In this document: positions 19,387-29,214 of the stretch, one piece after another
Layout: each line of letters begins with the position of its first letter
How positions within the stretch are numbered: position 1 is the first letter of the stretch
Notes under the pieces: generated by a model
What the model was told of the DNA's origin: nothing
What the model saw: the letters and a program-made list of their open reading frames with translations, nothing else
The model's database searches: none
From: a virus
Virus record (IMG/VR): IMGVR_UViG_3300037086_000458
Coordinates: 22,090-86,089 of that record
Length of the DNA: 64,000 nucleotides
Reading direction: 5' to 3' (one strand)
Position numbers and translations under genes: made by a program

Positions 19387-20302
19387 AACTTCAATAAAGA
19401 AAAATAAGAAATTTTTGATTAATTGTTCTGATTCCTATATGGCGAATGTGTTTATTGAGGAATGTAAAACAATTTATAGTGATTATACAGTAAAAATGTG
19501 TTTTAACGCCCAGGAATTTATTGAAGAGCTGAATGGCGGGTTTTTGTTTAATTCAGATAAGAAAATTTTAGCATTGATGAATTTTTCCGATGAGAACATA
19601 CAGGATATAGAACCATTTCTGGACTATGAGACTGAAGATATTATAATTTTGGTCGAGCATAGCGCCATTAAAAAGAATAAAGCTTATATTAAAATAAAAA
19701 GCGATTATGCTTATCAAAAACTTGAAGACATGTCCGAGAAAGAGTGTAGGAGTTGGTTACATACATTTATGGTTAAGGTGGATCTTAAATTCCAGCCAGA
19801 GATACCATCTTTTATAATTAGTAGGAGGGGTAAGGACCCAAGAGCTCTTACAAATGAAGTTAAAAAATTAAAATATTTAAATAAGGAAGTTACTGAATCG
19901 TTGTGCTCAGCAATAGTGTGTGAATCATATGATTCAAATTTTTTTGAGCTTATGGATCATTTTTCGCACAGAAGATCGGAACAATGCTTAAAAGAATTTA
20001 ATAAAGTAGATGAATCAAAGTATATACAGCTATTGCATTTCATAATAGGGCAATTCGAAAAATTGTACAAAGTTACTATCTATAAAGAGCAGAAAAAGTC
20101 AGCCGAGGAGATATCAGATATAATAGGAGTCCCAAAATTCATAGTACAAACGAAGCTATATACAGCTATAAGTATTTTTAACAAGGTTAAAATTTTGAAA
20201 GTTATTGATTTATTAAATGACCTTGATGTACAATTAAGGTTGTCAAAATATAGTAATAAGCTTATATTTGAGTCATATATACTGAAGATATTCAATTTAT
20301 GA
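19376..20302 (+). CDS. holA: DNA polymerase III delta (clamp loader)
   Basis: LTNEVKKL, NFFELMD, GVPKF, DLDVQLR resemble HolA; adjacent to holB. Confidence 0.7.
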   Translation: MLDRTSIKKNKKFLINCSDSYMANVFIEECKTIYSDYTVKMCFNAQEFIEELNGGFLFNSDKKILALMNFSDENIQDIEPFLDYETEDIIILVEHSAIKKNKAYIKIKSDYAYQKLEDMSEKECRSWLHTFMVKVDLKFQPEIPSFIISRRGKDPRALTNEVKKLKYLNKEVTESLCSAIVCESYDSNFFELMDHFSHRRSEQCLKEFNKVDESKYIQLLHFIIGQFEKLYKVTIYKEQKKSAEEISDIIGVPKFIVQTKLYTAISIFNKVKILKVIDLLNDLDVQLRLSKYSNKLIFESYILKIFNL

Positions 20303-20616
20303 TAGATAGATCAAACGATAAAATAGATTTAGATATAGATAAGGGTCGGATACGAGAAATCGTTGAAGAAGCTTTGAGGATGATTTATGAGTATGTAGGT
20401 GGAGAATATACCTTATCCAGGCAAGATGTTTTAAAAGAATTGGAATTATTTTTAAATAACGGTCAGATATCAACTCAATTTTTCCTTAAGATTGGAAGTA
20501 AGAAAATACCTGATTTATTATTGAGGGTTGATCCAAGAAGACGAAAAGTCCTTGGTATATCCGGTTTAAAGAAAAGAGCAGCCAAGATTAACATTTTTCT
20601 TAGGATTCTGGGATGA
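20299..20616 (+). CDS. hypothetical protein
   Basis: 105 aa, ATGA overlaps on both sides. Confidence 0.6.
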   Translation: MIDRSNDKIDLDIDKGRIREIVEEALRMIYEYVGGEYTLSRQDVLKELELFLNNGQISTQFFLKIGSKKIPDLLLRVDPRRRKVLGISGLKKRAAKINIFLRILG

Positions 20617-21086
20617 GAAATGAACCTCTGTTTATAAGATATGGCAACGGGCTTGTAGAGCCTGCTCAAGTTATTCAGTCTTTTCTTGAATCAAATTTTG
20701 ATGAAAAGTCGAAAGTGATTGCTGAAGAAGCTCTGAAGAATCCCCCAGACTTAACATTATTTAAAAAAGATTTCAGGAACCTTTTGATAGATATAATCGA
20801 CAATGGAATAAATAAGCAAGCTATCAATTATATTAATAATTATATGAAACCTTCTCTTGAAGAGATTGTAGAAGGTGGTACCAGCAGGGCGGGGGAGAAA
20901 AGACAAGTTATACTAAAGAACAAAGATGCCCCCTGGGTTGAGGCTATTATATGTTACAACTTAACGCTTTATATAAAGATGTATGGTATCCCTGAGATTA
21001 AGTTATGCCCTATATGCTCAAGATTTTTTAGTAATAAAGGTAAGTATGCAAAGTATTGTAGCGAAATATGTAAAGGAAATAAATGA
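20613..21086 (+). CDS. protein with C-terminal Zn finger (CGNR-like)
   Basis: CPICSRFF...KYCSEIC. Confidence 0.6.
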   Translation: MRNEPLFIRYGNGLVEPAQVIQSFLESNFDEKSKVIAEEALKNPPDLTLFKKDFRNLLIDIIDNGINKQAINYINNYMKPSLEEIVEGGTSRAGEKRQVILKNKDAPWVEAIICYNLTLYIKMYGIPEIKLCPICSRFFSNKGKYAKYCSEICKGNK

Positions 21087-21688
21087 TATCAAGTGTCATA
21101 TATGACGATGTTGAAGCTATTAAAAGTGCTTTAAAGCTTCATTGTGATAATCAAAATATAGATCTTGATCCAACATATAGTACTGGCGGTTTCTATAAAG
21201 GCGGCTTTATTAAAAAGCCACGTTTTTGTTTTGACATTGATCCACAAGTTCCTGGGGTAATAAAAGCAGATGCATCTAAATTACCTTTGGCTAATTTTTC
21301 AGTTAAGACAATTATTTTTGATCCTCCGTTTTTAGCGACTACAGGACCCTCTTTAAAAAGTAAAAATAAGAATAATAAACTTAATAAGAGATTTGGAGTT
21401 TTTCCAAATGAACCGGCTCTTTTTAAGTTTTACGAGGATGCTATTAAAGAACTTTATCGTGTATGTAGTGAAAGTGGTACGTTAATATTTAAATGTCAGG
21501 ATAAAGTTAGTTCTGGAAAGCAGTATTTTTCTCATTGTTTTATATATAATAAGGCAATTGAAGTTGGTTGGCATCCTGTAGATTTTTTTATTATGATATC
21601 TAAAAGAAGATTGATAGCAAATTGGCAGAGAGCAAATCAGTTACATGCTAGGAAATTTCATTGTTATTACTGGATTTTTAAGAAATGA
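21083..21688 (+). CDS. amino (N6-A/N4-C) DNA methyltransferase
   Basis: LDPTYSTGGF SAM motif and IIFDPPF catalytic motif. Confidence 0.75.
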   Translation: MISSVIYDDVEAIKSALKLHCDNQNIDLDPTYSTGGFYKGGFIKKPRFCFDIDPQVPGVIKADASKLPLANFSVKTIIFDPPFLATTGPSLKSKNKNNKLNKRFGVFPNEPALFKFYEDAIKELYRVCSESGTLIFKCQDKVSSGKQYFSHCFIYNKAIEVGWHPVDFFIMISKRRLIANWQRANQLHARKFHCYYWIFKK

Positions 21689-22203
21689 ACTTAGTAATAG
21701 GCTGCGGATTACAAAAGAGTTATTTTAATCCTAAAGGTTCAAGATATTTAGGTGAAAAAGCCGATGTCTTAGACGTTAGATTAAAATCTTATTTCAAGTC
21801 TTTAAGTTTAGATAAAAATATTGTATATATCTTAAGAGAGATCCACCAACCTGATGATTCTTTTTTTTCAGGTCAGAAATCTGGTTCTATAGTCGGTTCA
21901 GAGGATATAGAGATACCAGAATTTTATAAATCTTATTGTAAATTTGTGTATAATATTATAAGATATAATGGGTTTTATAAGACCCCTTTGGACTCAGAGG
22001 TTTATAAGCTAAAACCTGAAAAAGTTTATATTGTTGGTGTGGAGACACACACCACCGTACTTTTCACCGCAGAAGAATTCAGAAATAGGGGCTACTCAGT
22101 GAATGTTATTGAGCCTCTCGTGTCAGCTAAAGAAGATTATCTTCATGCAGTGGGGATAACTCTTTTGAGAAATTATCTGAGCGTTAATATACAACAGGGG
22201 TGA
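21685..22203 (+). CDS. isochorismatase/nicotinamidase-fold protein with degenerate triad
   Basis: LQKSYF, RYNGFYKTPL, VGVETHTTVLFTA, RGYSVNV; catalytic D/K/C apparently replaced. Confidence 0.7.
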   Translation: MNLVIGCGLQKSYFNPKGSRYLGEKADVLDVRLKSYFKSLSLDKNIVYILREIHQPDDSFFSGQKSGSIVGSEDIEIPEFYKSYCKFVYNIIRYNGFYKTPLDSEVYKLKPEKVYIVGVETHTTVLFTAEEFRNRGYSVNVIEPLVSAKEDYLHAVGITLLRNYLSVNIQQG

Positions 22204-22553
22204 AAGTTATGTCTTATTGTCAATACAAAATACAATGCTCAAATTGTCAGGCTGAAACACATCTTATAAGTTTGGAATGCAACCCTATTGTTTATAGGTG
22301 CAATAGTTGTAATAGAGTTGTCGTAATCCATAATGATAGAGCTTATACTATTAGTGAAAATTTTTTCATTAAGATGGCTTTGATTCATAATATAAAATAT
22401 TGCGGACAAGTAATTAAATGCTCCCAAAAAAATGAGTGCAAGTCCTACACGAAGCTAGTTAAGAGAGAAAGAATAACAGAATCCGATATAATTAAACTGC
22501 ATGAGTTCCTAGATAAAAACAAAGATTCGTCAGAAATTATTGATAAGCTGTAA
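22200..22553 (+). CDS. Zn-ribbon protein
   Basis: CSNC, CNSC; GTG start overlapping the upstream stop. Confidence 0.55.
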   Translation: MKVMSYCQYKIQCSNCQAETHLISLECNPIVYRCNSCNRVVVIHNDRAYTISENFFIKMALIHNIKYCGQVIKCSQKNECKSYTKLVKRERITESDIIKLHEFLDKNKDSSEIIDKL

Positions 22554-22650
22554 CTATATTTTGAAGAGTAATATGTTTCACTCATTTATGAGTGTATGAA
22601 TTGAAATAAATAAACCTTTAAAATTTGTTAGAATTACGTTATATTAGTGT

Positions 22651-23061
22651 ATGGAAACTATTAATGATAAAGACTTAGCGGGGCGTTTAGTCTATTTAAC
22701 AAGGTATCTTGAAAAGTGGTATAAGGAACTCAATCCAGCTTTTAATGTACCTATAGCAAATAGATTGGCCAAGGTAGTAAAGGTATTCGATTGGGATACA
22801 GATGAAGGAAAACTTTTACTAAGTGAGAGAGAAAAAACAGGTAAGTGGAAAAGTTTAGAACCGAAGCTTTTTAAATTCGTACTAAAAGTATATTACCCAG
22901 AACTTATACTTAAAAATTCTAAGAAGGTAATGATAGAGGAGGTAGTGTCTCAGTATTACCCTGGTACTGAAAATAAAATGTTCTGTTTGTTACCAGATTG
23001 GATGGTAGAAGATCTGAATAAAGAACAAAAGAATATTTTTACTATAGTGAAAAAAGATTGA
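22651..23061 (+). CDS. hypothetical protein
   Basis: 136 aa. Confidence 0.6.
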   Translation: METINDKDLAGRLVYLTRYLEKWYKELNPAFNVPIANRLAKVVKVFDWDTDEGKLLLSEREKTGKWKSLEPKLFKFVLKVYYPELILKNSKKVMIEEVVSQYYPGTENKMFCLLPDWMVEDLNKEQKNIFTIVKKD

Positions 23062-23062
23062 T

Positions 23063-23752
23063 ATGTATTTGGACGAATTTACTGAGCATGCCAATAAGGT
23101 AATGCTTGAATACGAAGAGCCTTTAAAATATTTATCAGGGCGAGGTTTTAATAAAGAAGATATCCTTAATTTCAAATTAGGTTTTTTAAAAGTAGCAAAA
23201 ATAAAAAAGGAAAACTCTGAAGATTATAAAAAGTTACATGACGAGACCTACCATTTTAAATCTTTAGAAAATCGTATCATAATGCCCTTAAGGAACGTTT
23301 TGGGCAAAGTTAATGGGTTAATAGTAAGGTCTATAAAAGAAAAAAAATATAATCTATACTTGTTGAAAGAGGCGAGAGATATAGGGGCTTGGTTTGGTCT
23401 ATACGAGGCATTGCCGTATGCCATTAAATCCGGGAAGATATTTATTCATGAGGGTGGGTTTAATTCAATAGCATTCTCAAAAGTTTTTAAGAACTCAGCA
23501 GCCTCTCTTACTTCTTTTATAAATGATCAGCAATATGATACTTTAAGGATGTTCGTTGATTTGATCATCCTTGTCTATGATTCAGATAAGGCTGGTATGA
23601 TAGGTACAGCCTCTTTAAAGAAAAGATACGGAAAAAGTATAGAGTCTATAACACTCGGTTACGATGACCCTAATAGCTGTTTACAGAAAATGGGGCAATC
23701 CCCATTCATAAACTATATAAAAAACAAAGTTCCTGTCCTACTACAAAATTAG
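23063..23752 (+). CDS. dnaG: DnaG-type primase core (TOPRIM) lacking the Zn-binding domain
   Basis: YLSGRGF, FKLGF, RIIMPL, HEGGFN, YDSDKAG, DDPN. Confidence 0.75.
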   Translation: MYLDEFTEHANKVMLEYEEPLKYLSGRGFNKEDILNFKLGFLKVAKIKKENSEDYKKLHDETYHFKSLENRIIMPLRNVLGKVNGLIVRSIKEKKYNLYLLKEARDIGAWFGLYEALPYAIKSGKIFIHEGGFNSIAFSKVFKNSAASLTSFINDQQYDTLRMFVDLIILVYDSDKAGMIGTASLKKRYGKSIESITLGYDDPNSCLQKMGQSPFINYIKNKVPVLLQN

Positions 23753-23769
23753 GATATTAAGAGATAATT

Positions 23770-25137
23770 ATGTTTGGAACAAAATACAGACCGTTAGATT
23801 TTGATAGTGTTTTAGGGTTGGATAATGTCAAGGACATATTGAAGGCTATCATTAAATCTGGTAGTTATGATCCGGCATATCTTTTTGAAGGGGACTATTC
23901 CTCAGGAAAGACAACGTTAGCAAGGCTTTTTGCGAGGAGTATTTTATGTAATAATAAAAAAGATGATATGTCCCCCTGTAATGAGTGTCCTTCCTGCAAA
24001 GACTTCCTATCTGAAAGAAACCCTTCTTACATAGAAATAGATGCTGCTAACAACGGATCAAAAGAAAAAATCCAAGAGTTGTTGGAAAAACTAAAATATG
24101 AGACAGTATCCGGGGTTGTGATAATATTCCTGGATGAATGTCACGAAATAAGTAAGGCCGGTAAAGATGCTCTTTTAATAGAGCTTGAAAAGGAAAATAA
24201 GAACGTTATATTCCTTTTTGGGACAACAAGCATAGATAAGATGCCACCTGAATTACGATCTCGCTGTGTAGAATTTCAACTCCCCCAACCAACCGAAGCC
24301 TACGTATTAAAAAAACTACAAAAAATCTGTGAATTAAATAGTCTTCAATACACTCAAGATGCTTTATTTACTATAGTACAATCTTCAGGGAGGCATTATC
24401 GTGATGCAGAGATAAAACTTGAGGTAACTTCAAGATTAGGGGATATAAATGAAGAGAATGTCGCCAAAGTAGTGACACTGTATATTAAAGAGATAGCCTA
24501 CTTATTGATAGCTTTGCCCTATGATCTATCCAAGACTTTTAAAGCCGCTGAGTACTTAATTAGTAGAATGAATATTAAAGATTTGTACGGAAATATACTT
24601 ATGATGATTAACGACACCATAAAGTATTCTCAAGGTTTTACTTTTGAGAGTGCTTCTTATGTAGAGATACTTAAGATGCTATCAAAGCAATACTCTGCTT
24701 CTGCGTTTGAGGTGCTAGATTATCTTCTATCGAGACAACGATTAAACGATCTCACACTTTTTCATTCTGATTTGCTTATTTTACATTATAAGTTCCTCCA
24801 AGGTCACTTTGATAAAAAGGAGTTGGTTTTACCCAAAGTTGTTACTCCTAAAGTTTATCCCAGTAATAATGATGCTGAAAAAAAATCTGGTCGTGAAATA
24901 GGACTGGACTATATAAATCAGCATGCCCCTTGGGAAAGGGAAGAACTTGTAAGACAGATTAAGAATAAAAAGTCTAAAGAGAATCAGGATAATCGCATAG
25001 AAGAGAATGTTTCTAAAGAATGGGGCCCTCAAATAAAAGGATCCACAGCTGACAGAAAAGCTATACTTAGAGGACAGATCACCAAGGAAGCTTTTAAAGA
25101 AGCTGTTAAGGGGTCTCTTGATGGGCTCAAAGTATAA
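23770..25137 (+). CDS. dnaX: DNA polymerase III gamma/tau (clamp loader ATPase)
   Basis: KYRP, SGKTTLAR, PCNECPSC, EIDAA, LDECH, SRC, RDA. Confidence 0.92.
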   Translation: MFGTKYRPLDFDSVLGLDNVKDILKAIIKSGSYDPAYLFEGDYSSGKTTLARLFARSILCNNKKDDMSPCNECPSCKDFLSERNPSYIEIDAANNGSKEKIQELLEKLKYETVSGVVIIFLDECHEISKAGKDALLIELEKENKNVIFLFGTTSIDKMPPELRSRCVEFQLPQPTEAYVLKKLQKICELNSLQYTQDALFTIVQSSGRHYRDAEIKLEVTSRLGDINEENVAKVVTLYIKEIAYLLIALPYDLSKTFKAAEYLISRMNIKDLYGNILMMINDTIKYSQGFTFESASYVEILKMLSKQYSASAFEVLDYLLSRQRLNDLTLFHSDLLILHYKFLQGHFDKKELVLPKVVTPKVYPSNNDAEKKSGREIGLDYINQHAPWEREELVRQIKNKKSKENQDNRIEENVSKEWGPQIKGSTADRKAILRGQITKEAFKEAVKGSLDGLKV

Positions 25138-25756
25138 GAAAAGTATAGTAAAAGAAAAAGTCAAAAGAGCATACAAGAAAAAATCCTGCAAAGATATCGT
25201 CCCTGCCATTGAGAAAGAATTCCAGGATATTAAATATCGATTTAAGAATAATACCGAAAAATGGATGACCATAATTTTAAATGAGAGCTGTGTACTACTC
25301 GAATCCTATAAGGCCATTGAAAATGAAATAGAAGATCTTTTCGGAGAGGATACTATTTATTTCATTCCTGTATATATAGAAAAAGAGAATAATGCCGATA
25401 TTGGATTCCAGTTGTTTGATGGATACATTTTTGTAAAGCGTTCCGAAGCCGCTAATAAAGAGTCTTTTAAAAAAACAGAACACCTCGATAAAATTCTGTA
25501 TAAAGGCTCTAACCCCTATTCTGCTACTAATAGAGATATTAACAAATTCAAGACTAAGATGAAATTGGATCTCATTAAAAGAATCCCTAAAAAAGGATCT
25601 AAAATAATAGCTAAAGAGGGTACTTTTAAGAATCAAGAGGGTACTGTTTTGTCGGTAAATACAAGGAAGAAAACAGCAATAATTGAATTTCGTAAGAGGA
25701 CAAGAATAGTCACAGCTAAATTATCAGTTATAAATTTTGAACTGAAGGATGATTAA
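25118..25756 (+). CDS. NusG/RfaH-like transcription factor (NGN+KOW)
   Basis: YFIP, LFDGYIFV, KOW-like GSKIIAKEGTFKNQEGTV. Confidence 0.7.
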   Translation: MMGSKYKKSIVKEKVKRAYKKKSCKDIVPAIEKEFQDIKYRFKNNTEKWMTIILNESCVLLESYKAIENEIEDLFGEDTIYFIPVYIEKENNADIGFQLFDGYIFVKRSEAANKESFKKTEHLDKILYKGSNPYSATNRDINKFKTKMKLDLIKRIPKKGSKIIAKEGTFKNQEGTVLSVNTRKKTAIIEFRKRTRIVTAKLSVINFELKDD

Positions 25757-26682
25757 TGCATAATTTTATTATAGACGGCAATAACCTTGTTTATCGGTCC
25801 CATAACGCTAACTTTGAATTAAAGACAGCTGCCGGTCTTTTTTCTGGTATGCTATTTGGATTTACCAGAACGTTAGTGTCTTTAAGAAAAAAGTATCGAG
25901 ATTTTAATTTTTCAGTGGCATGGGATAATCGTGCTAAAGAAAAGTTTGAAATACAGCCCGATTATAAAGCAGGGAGATCATCGTTACCAGCAGCTGTTTG
26001 GGATCAAGTATCGGATATTAGGGATCTTTTAGAAAATACGGGTGTTGATCAGTATGAAAAAGAAGGTCAGGAAGCTGACGATGTTATTGCAAGTTTATCA
26101 AAAGAATTCAAAAAAGATGGAAAAGTTTATATCTATACCAACGATAAAGATCTATTACAGTTGGTAGAAGATGGTAAAGTTATTGTATATAAGCCAAAGG
26201 TAGGAGTTAATCCTGAAAAATTTTATGATGAAGAGGCAGTGAGGGATCTTTTTGGAGTTCCTCCAAGAAAATTGGGGATATATAGAAGTTTTGATGGGGA
26301 TGATAGTGATAATATAAAAGGTATCTCCAGGGTGCCTAGAAAGATTGTGGCCAGTTTAGTAAATAAGTACTCGAGTATAGATGAAGTTTATGCCAATCTT
26401 TCTGAAGTTAAATTGACTGATTTTCAGAAAGGATCCTTTGAAGAAGCTAAAGAGCGTATTAAAAAGAATGCCAAGATTGTCTCTCTTAATAGGGACTTAA
26501 CTGAGATAAATAAACGTGAAGCTTCTTTTAATAAAGAAAAAGTAAATACATTGTTAGAAAAATATGAGATTAAATCTTTGAAAGCGGATGATATAGTAGA
26601 ATTGTTTTTGTCCACTATAAACATGAGATATAGCGATCCTATGGAGGGGGTAAAATTAGAATTTTTTAGTCTCTTTGGTTAA
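25756..26682 (+). CDS. 5'-3' exonuclease/flap endonuclease (PolA N-domain type)
   Basis: IIDGNNL, YKAGR, EADDVIA, DKDLLQL, GDDSDNIKG. Confidence 0.92.
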   Translation: MHNFIIDGNNLVYRSHNANFELKTAAGLFSGMLFGFTRTLVSLRKKYRDFNFSVAWDNRAKEKFEIQPDYKAGRSSLPAAVWDQVSDIRDLLENTGVDQYEKEGQEADDVIASLSKEFKKDGKVYIYTNDKDLLQLVEDGKVIVYKPKVGVNPEKFYDEEAVRDLFGVPPRKLGIYRSFDGDDSDNIKGISRVPRKIVASLVNKYSSIDEVYANLSEVKLTDFQKGSFEEAKERIKKNAKIVSLNRDLTEINKREASFNKEKVNTLLEKYEIKSLKADDIVELFLSTINMRYSDPMEGVKLEFFSLFG

Positions 26683-26720
26683 TTTTTTTAAATTAATAGC
26701 AGAAGGGATGGCGGAGGATC

Positions 26721-27371
26721 ATGAATAAAATAATAGACAGGAATATGGACCCTTATGAGTTACAAAACAGATTTTGTGACGATAACGACAACGAATTTGA
26801 TGGAGAAGTCCAATTATTAAATTCGGTAAGTGACAGGAACCTTTTTAGATTTGAGGATTTTGAACCGTTCATACAGAAGCTCCCGCAGAGGGAAATAGAT
26901 CTTATTGAGATGTATTATAAGGATAGGAAGAAGCAGAAGGAGATAGCTGATTTTTTTGGAGTTACGCAAGGAGCCGTCTCTCATAGGTTATCTCGGGCTG
27001 AGAAGAGATTAGATTTTCTTAAAAAAATGCCTAAGCTTTCTGAAGATATTAGAAAAATTTTAAATAAGCATTTTATTATTTTTGAGATAGATCTTATTAA
27101 TTATATGATTGAAACAACTTGCCAGTCTAAAACAGCGGAACTCTTAAATAAAAAGTATAAACTACAAGGTAAAAATGTAATGACTCAAATTAAGGTCAGG
27201 CATAAATTTGATCGTTATATAGATAAAATGAAAAAACTTAAGAGGACATATAAAGATTTAATGGATTGTTATAAATTGGCTCAATATATAAAGAATAACC
27301 TCTATATGCTTCACGAAGTGGTACTCCCCCACTTTGACAAAGGGTATAAAGTTAACTATAACCACCGTTAA
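26721..27371 (+). CDS. sigma-70 region-4 HTH protein (putative phage sigma-like factor)
   Basis: LPQREIDLIEMYY...QKEIADFFGVTQGAVSHRLSRA. Confidence 0.7.
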   Translation: MNKIIDRNMDPYELQNRFCDDNDNEFDGEVQLLNSVSDRNLFRFEDFEPFIQKLPQREIDLIEMYYKDRKKQKEIADFFGVTQGAVSHRLSRAEKRLDFLKKMPKLSEDIRKILNKHFIIFEIDLINYMIETTCQSKTAELLNKKYKLQGKNVMTQIKVRHKFDRYIDKMKKLKRTYKDLMDCYKLAQYIKNNLYMLHEVVLPHFDKGYKVNYNHR

Positions 27372-27386
27372 TTAAAAGTTTGAAGT

Positions 27387-27402
27387 TAATAACCTTTTCA
27401 TA
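27387..27402 (+). promoter_or_regulatory. 16-bp motif TAATANYCTWTTMATA (candidate late promoter)
   Basis: TAATAACCTTTTCATA; same consensus at 42682, 47345 and 53775. Confidence 0.55.
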
Positions 27403-27407
27403 ATTTT

Positions 27408-27457
27408 TCACCATTAGAATTCTAAAAGTATCAGTAAAATTCTAATGGTGATTTTTT
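27408..27457 (+). terminator. 14-bp perfect hairpin plus T6
   Basis: TCACCATTAGAATT...AATTCTAATGGTGA then TTTTTT. Confidence 0.7.
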
Positions 27458-27865
27458 ATGTATATTTCTATAGCAAATAGAGTCCGTAAATTAGCTAGAG
27501 TCATGATAGCTGATAATCCTGACACGGATCAATATACGTATACAAATCCTAGCAATGATTACCCCTCAGATATAACCTATGACGTATGGCCTGGCGAACC
27601 TAGTAATAAATTAAATGATCCCGCTTCTAAGATAGATGATTTAAAGAAAAAATATGATATGCATTTAATAGGCCCCGGGCCTATAGAAGATGATGAGATC
27701 CATGTAGGTGAGCGGCCTAGTTTCCTAGAAGACCCTGATTCTCCTAAGACTGATGATCAAAATAAAGTTCAGGATTTTGTAACGTCAAAAGGGGAAGAAG
27801 ATTCTGATGTCTTAGATAGAGAGACATGGGTCGGAGAAGGTATAATAGATCCTTTTAGTTTTTAA
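27458..27865 (+). CDS. acidic hypothetical (putative virion) protein
   Basis: basic N-helix then D/P-rich. Confidence 0.6.
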   Translation: MYISIANRVRKLARVMIADNPDTDQYTYTNPSNDYPSDITYDVWPGEPSNKLNDPASKIDDLKKKYDMHLIGPGPIEDDEIHVGERPSFLEDPDSPKTDDQNKVQDFVTSKGEEDSDVLDRETWVGEGIIDPFSF

Positions 27866-27870
27866 TTATT

Positions 27871-28536
27871 ATGACAACTATAGATGGTATCCCTTTTGAA
27901 TGTATTAAGTGTGGCAGATGCTGCAAGTGGAAAGGGTATGTTTTTTTATCTAAGCCAGATGTAACGAGCATGGCTAATGCCCTTACTGATGAAGATGAAA
28001 ATGAGTTTTTAGATCAATATACAAGGATGCTTGATAAGGGTAAATATCTTGTTTTAAAGGACAAGCCTGATTCAAGAGAGTGTATGTTTTTAGAAAATAA
28101 TGAATGTTCCATATATAAAATCAGACCAGAGCAATGTAAAATATTCCCTGTAAGTTATACGGAGGAATGCCCTGGTTTTATGATAAAAGGAGATGAACCT
28201 ATGGATAAGATGTCTGAAAAAGTAACAGGAGTACAAGAGAAATTGTCAACGGATAATTTTGAAAAAGCCGTTACAAATAATCTCTATGAAGATCTTAAGA
28301 CTAACCTGAAGGCTGCTAATGTCGCTGCAAGAGCCATAGAAGGCGGAGTCAGTATGTTTTTTGATCAGAGTAGGATTAAAATATCAAGTTTAGATGATTT
28401 ATTTGCTTTTAGCAGGGTAGACGATAAGCATATAGTCCATAAGTCTACACAAGATTTGTGGTCTATTGAATCGGATGATTCTGGGGAAGTTCATATAACA
28501 AGGCTTTTTGAATCGGGTAAACCCATAAAAGGATAA
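27871..28536 (+). CDS. YkgJ-family cysteine-cluster protein with C-terminal extra domain
   Basis: CIKCGRCC, CMFL, CSIY..RPEQC..FP; internal RBS and ATG at 28201. Confidence 0.75.
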   Translation: MTTIDGIPFECIKCGRCCKWKGYVFLSKPDVTSMANALTDEDENEFLDQYTRMLDKGKYLVLKDKPDSRECMFLENNECSIYKIRPEQCKIFPVSYTEECPGFMIKGDEPMDKMSEKVTGVQEKLSTDNFEKAVTNNLYEDLKTNLKAANVAARAIEGGVSMFFDQSRIKISSLDDLFAFSRVDDKHIVHKSTQDLWSIESDDSGEVHITRLFESGKPIKG

Positions 28537-28540
28537 AAAT

Positions 28541-29203
28541 ATGGCAAGAGAAAGATTAACAAACAGAATGGTAACAGCAGCTTCTGATCCTAAAAAGAAA
28601 AAGGAAAAAGAAGAAGGTGCCAGGAATTTGGATGGCTTTGAATTTGATAAATCCAAAGCAAAGATTCTTAAAGAATCCCTTCATAATATGAATGTTGCTC
28701 TGGGGACGCTTGTTTCAGCTATGAAGGAACTCGCCATACTGAGAGGTTCCGACATTACTCCTGACGGAAAAATTGGCGGGCGAGGATTTATTATGGAGTT
28801 CAAGGAAATTAAGAGCGTACTGAGCAGAGTCATTGAGGATCTGTCCAACGTTACAGATTCTATTGCTGATGAGCTTACTAACCCTAAATGGGGTCTTAAG
28901 GACAAAGAATTAAAGGTAGTAGAAAAAGAAAAAGAGGATGTGGAAGAAGAGAAAGAGGACGTTAAGGAAAATATTGCTGATAAAAAAATACAGCCAAGCG
29001 ATACCCAGGAAATTAAGAGAGATAATGATGAAGAAGGAAAAATATTTGAAGAAGTTATCGAAGATGATATTAAACCCGGGGATGTTAAAGATGCTTCTTT
29101 TTTAGATAGATATAAGGAGCTTTTAGGTAATAATGCAAAAGATAAAGTTGCAAGTGTGCTTAGCAAAAGAATATTAGCAAACATTTCTATTAAAGATAAA
29201 TAA
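28541..29203 (+). CDS. putative virion protein
   Basis: 220 aa, KDAS/KVAS motifs. Confidence 0.55.
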   Translation: MARERLTNRMVTAASDPKKKKEKEEGARNLDGFEFDKSKAKILKESLHNMNVALGTLVSAMKELAILRGSDITPDGKIGGRGFIMEFKEIKSVLSRVIEDLSNVTDSIADELTNPKWGLKDKELKVVEKEKEDVEEEKEDVKENIADKKIQPSDTQEIKRDNDEEGKIFEEVIEDDIKPGDVKDASFLDRYKELLGNNAKDKVASVLSKRILANISIKDK

Positions 29204-29214
29204 AGGAGTAAAAA

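Noticed and set aside
24878-24885. A8 run in dnaX as a tau/gamma slippage site
   Set aside because: Position is suggestive, but A-runs are common here and no stimulatory element is evident
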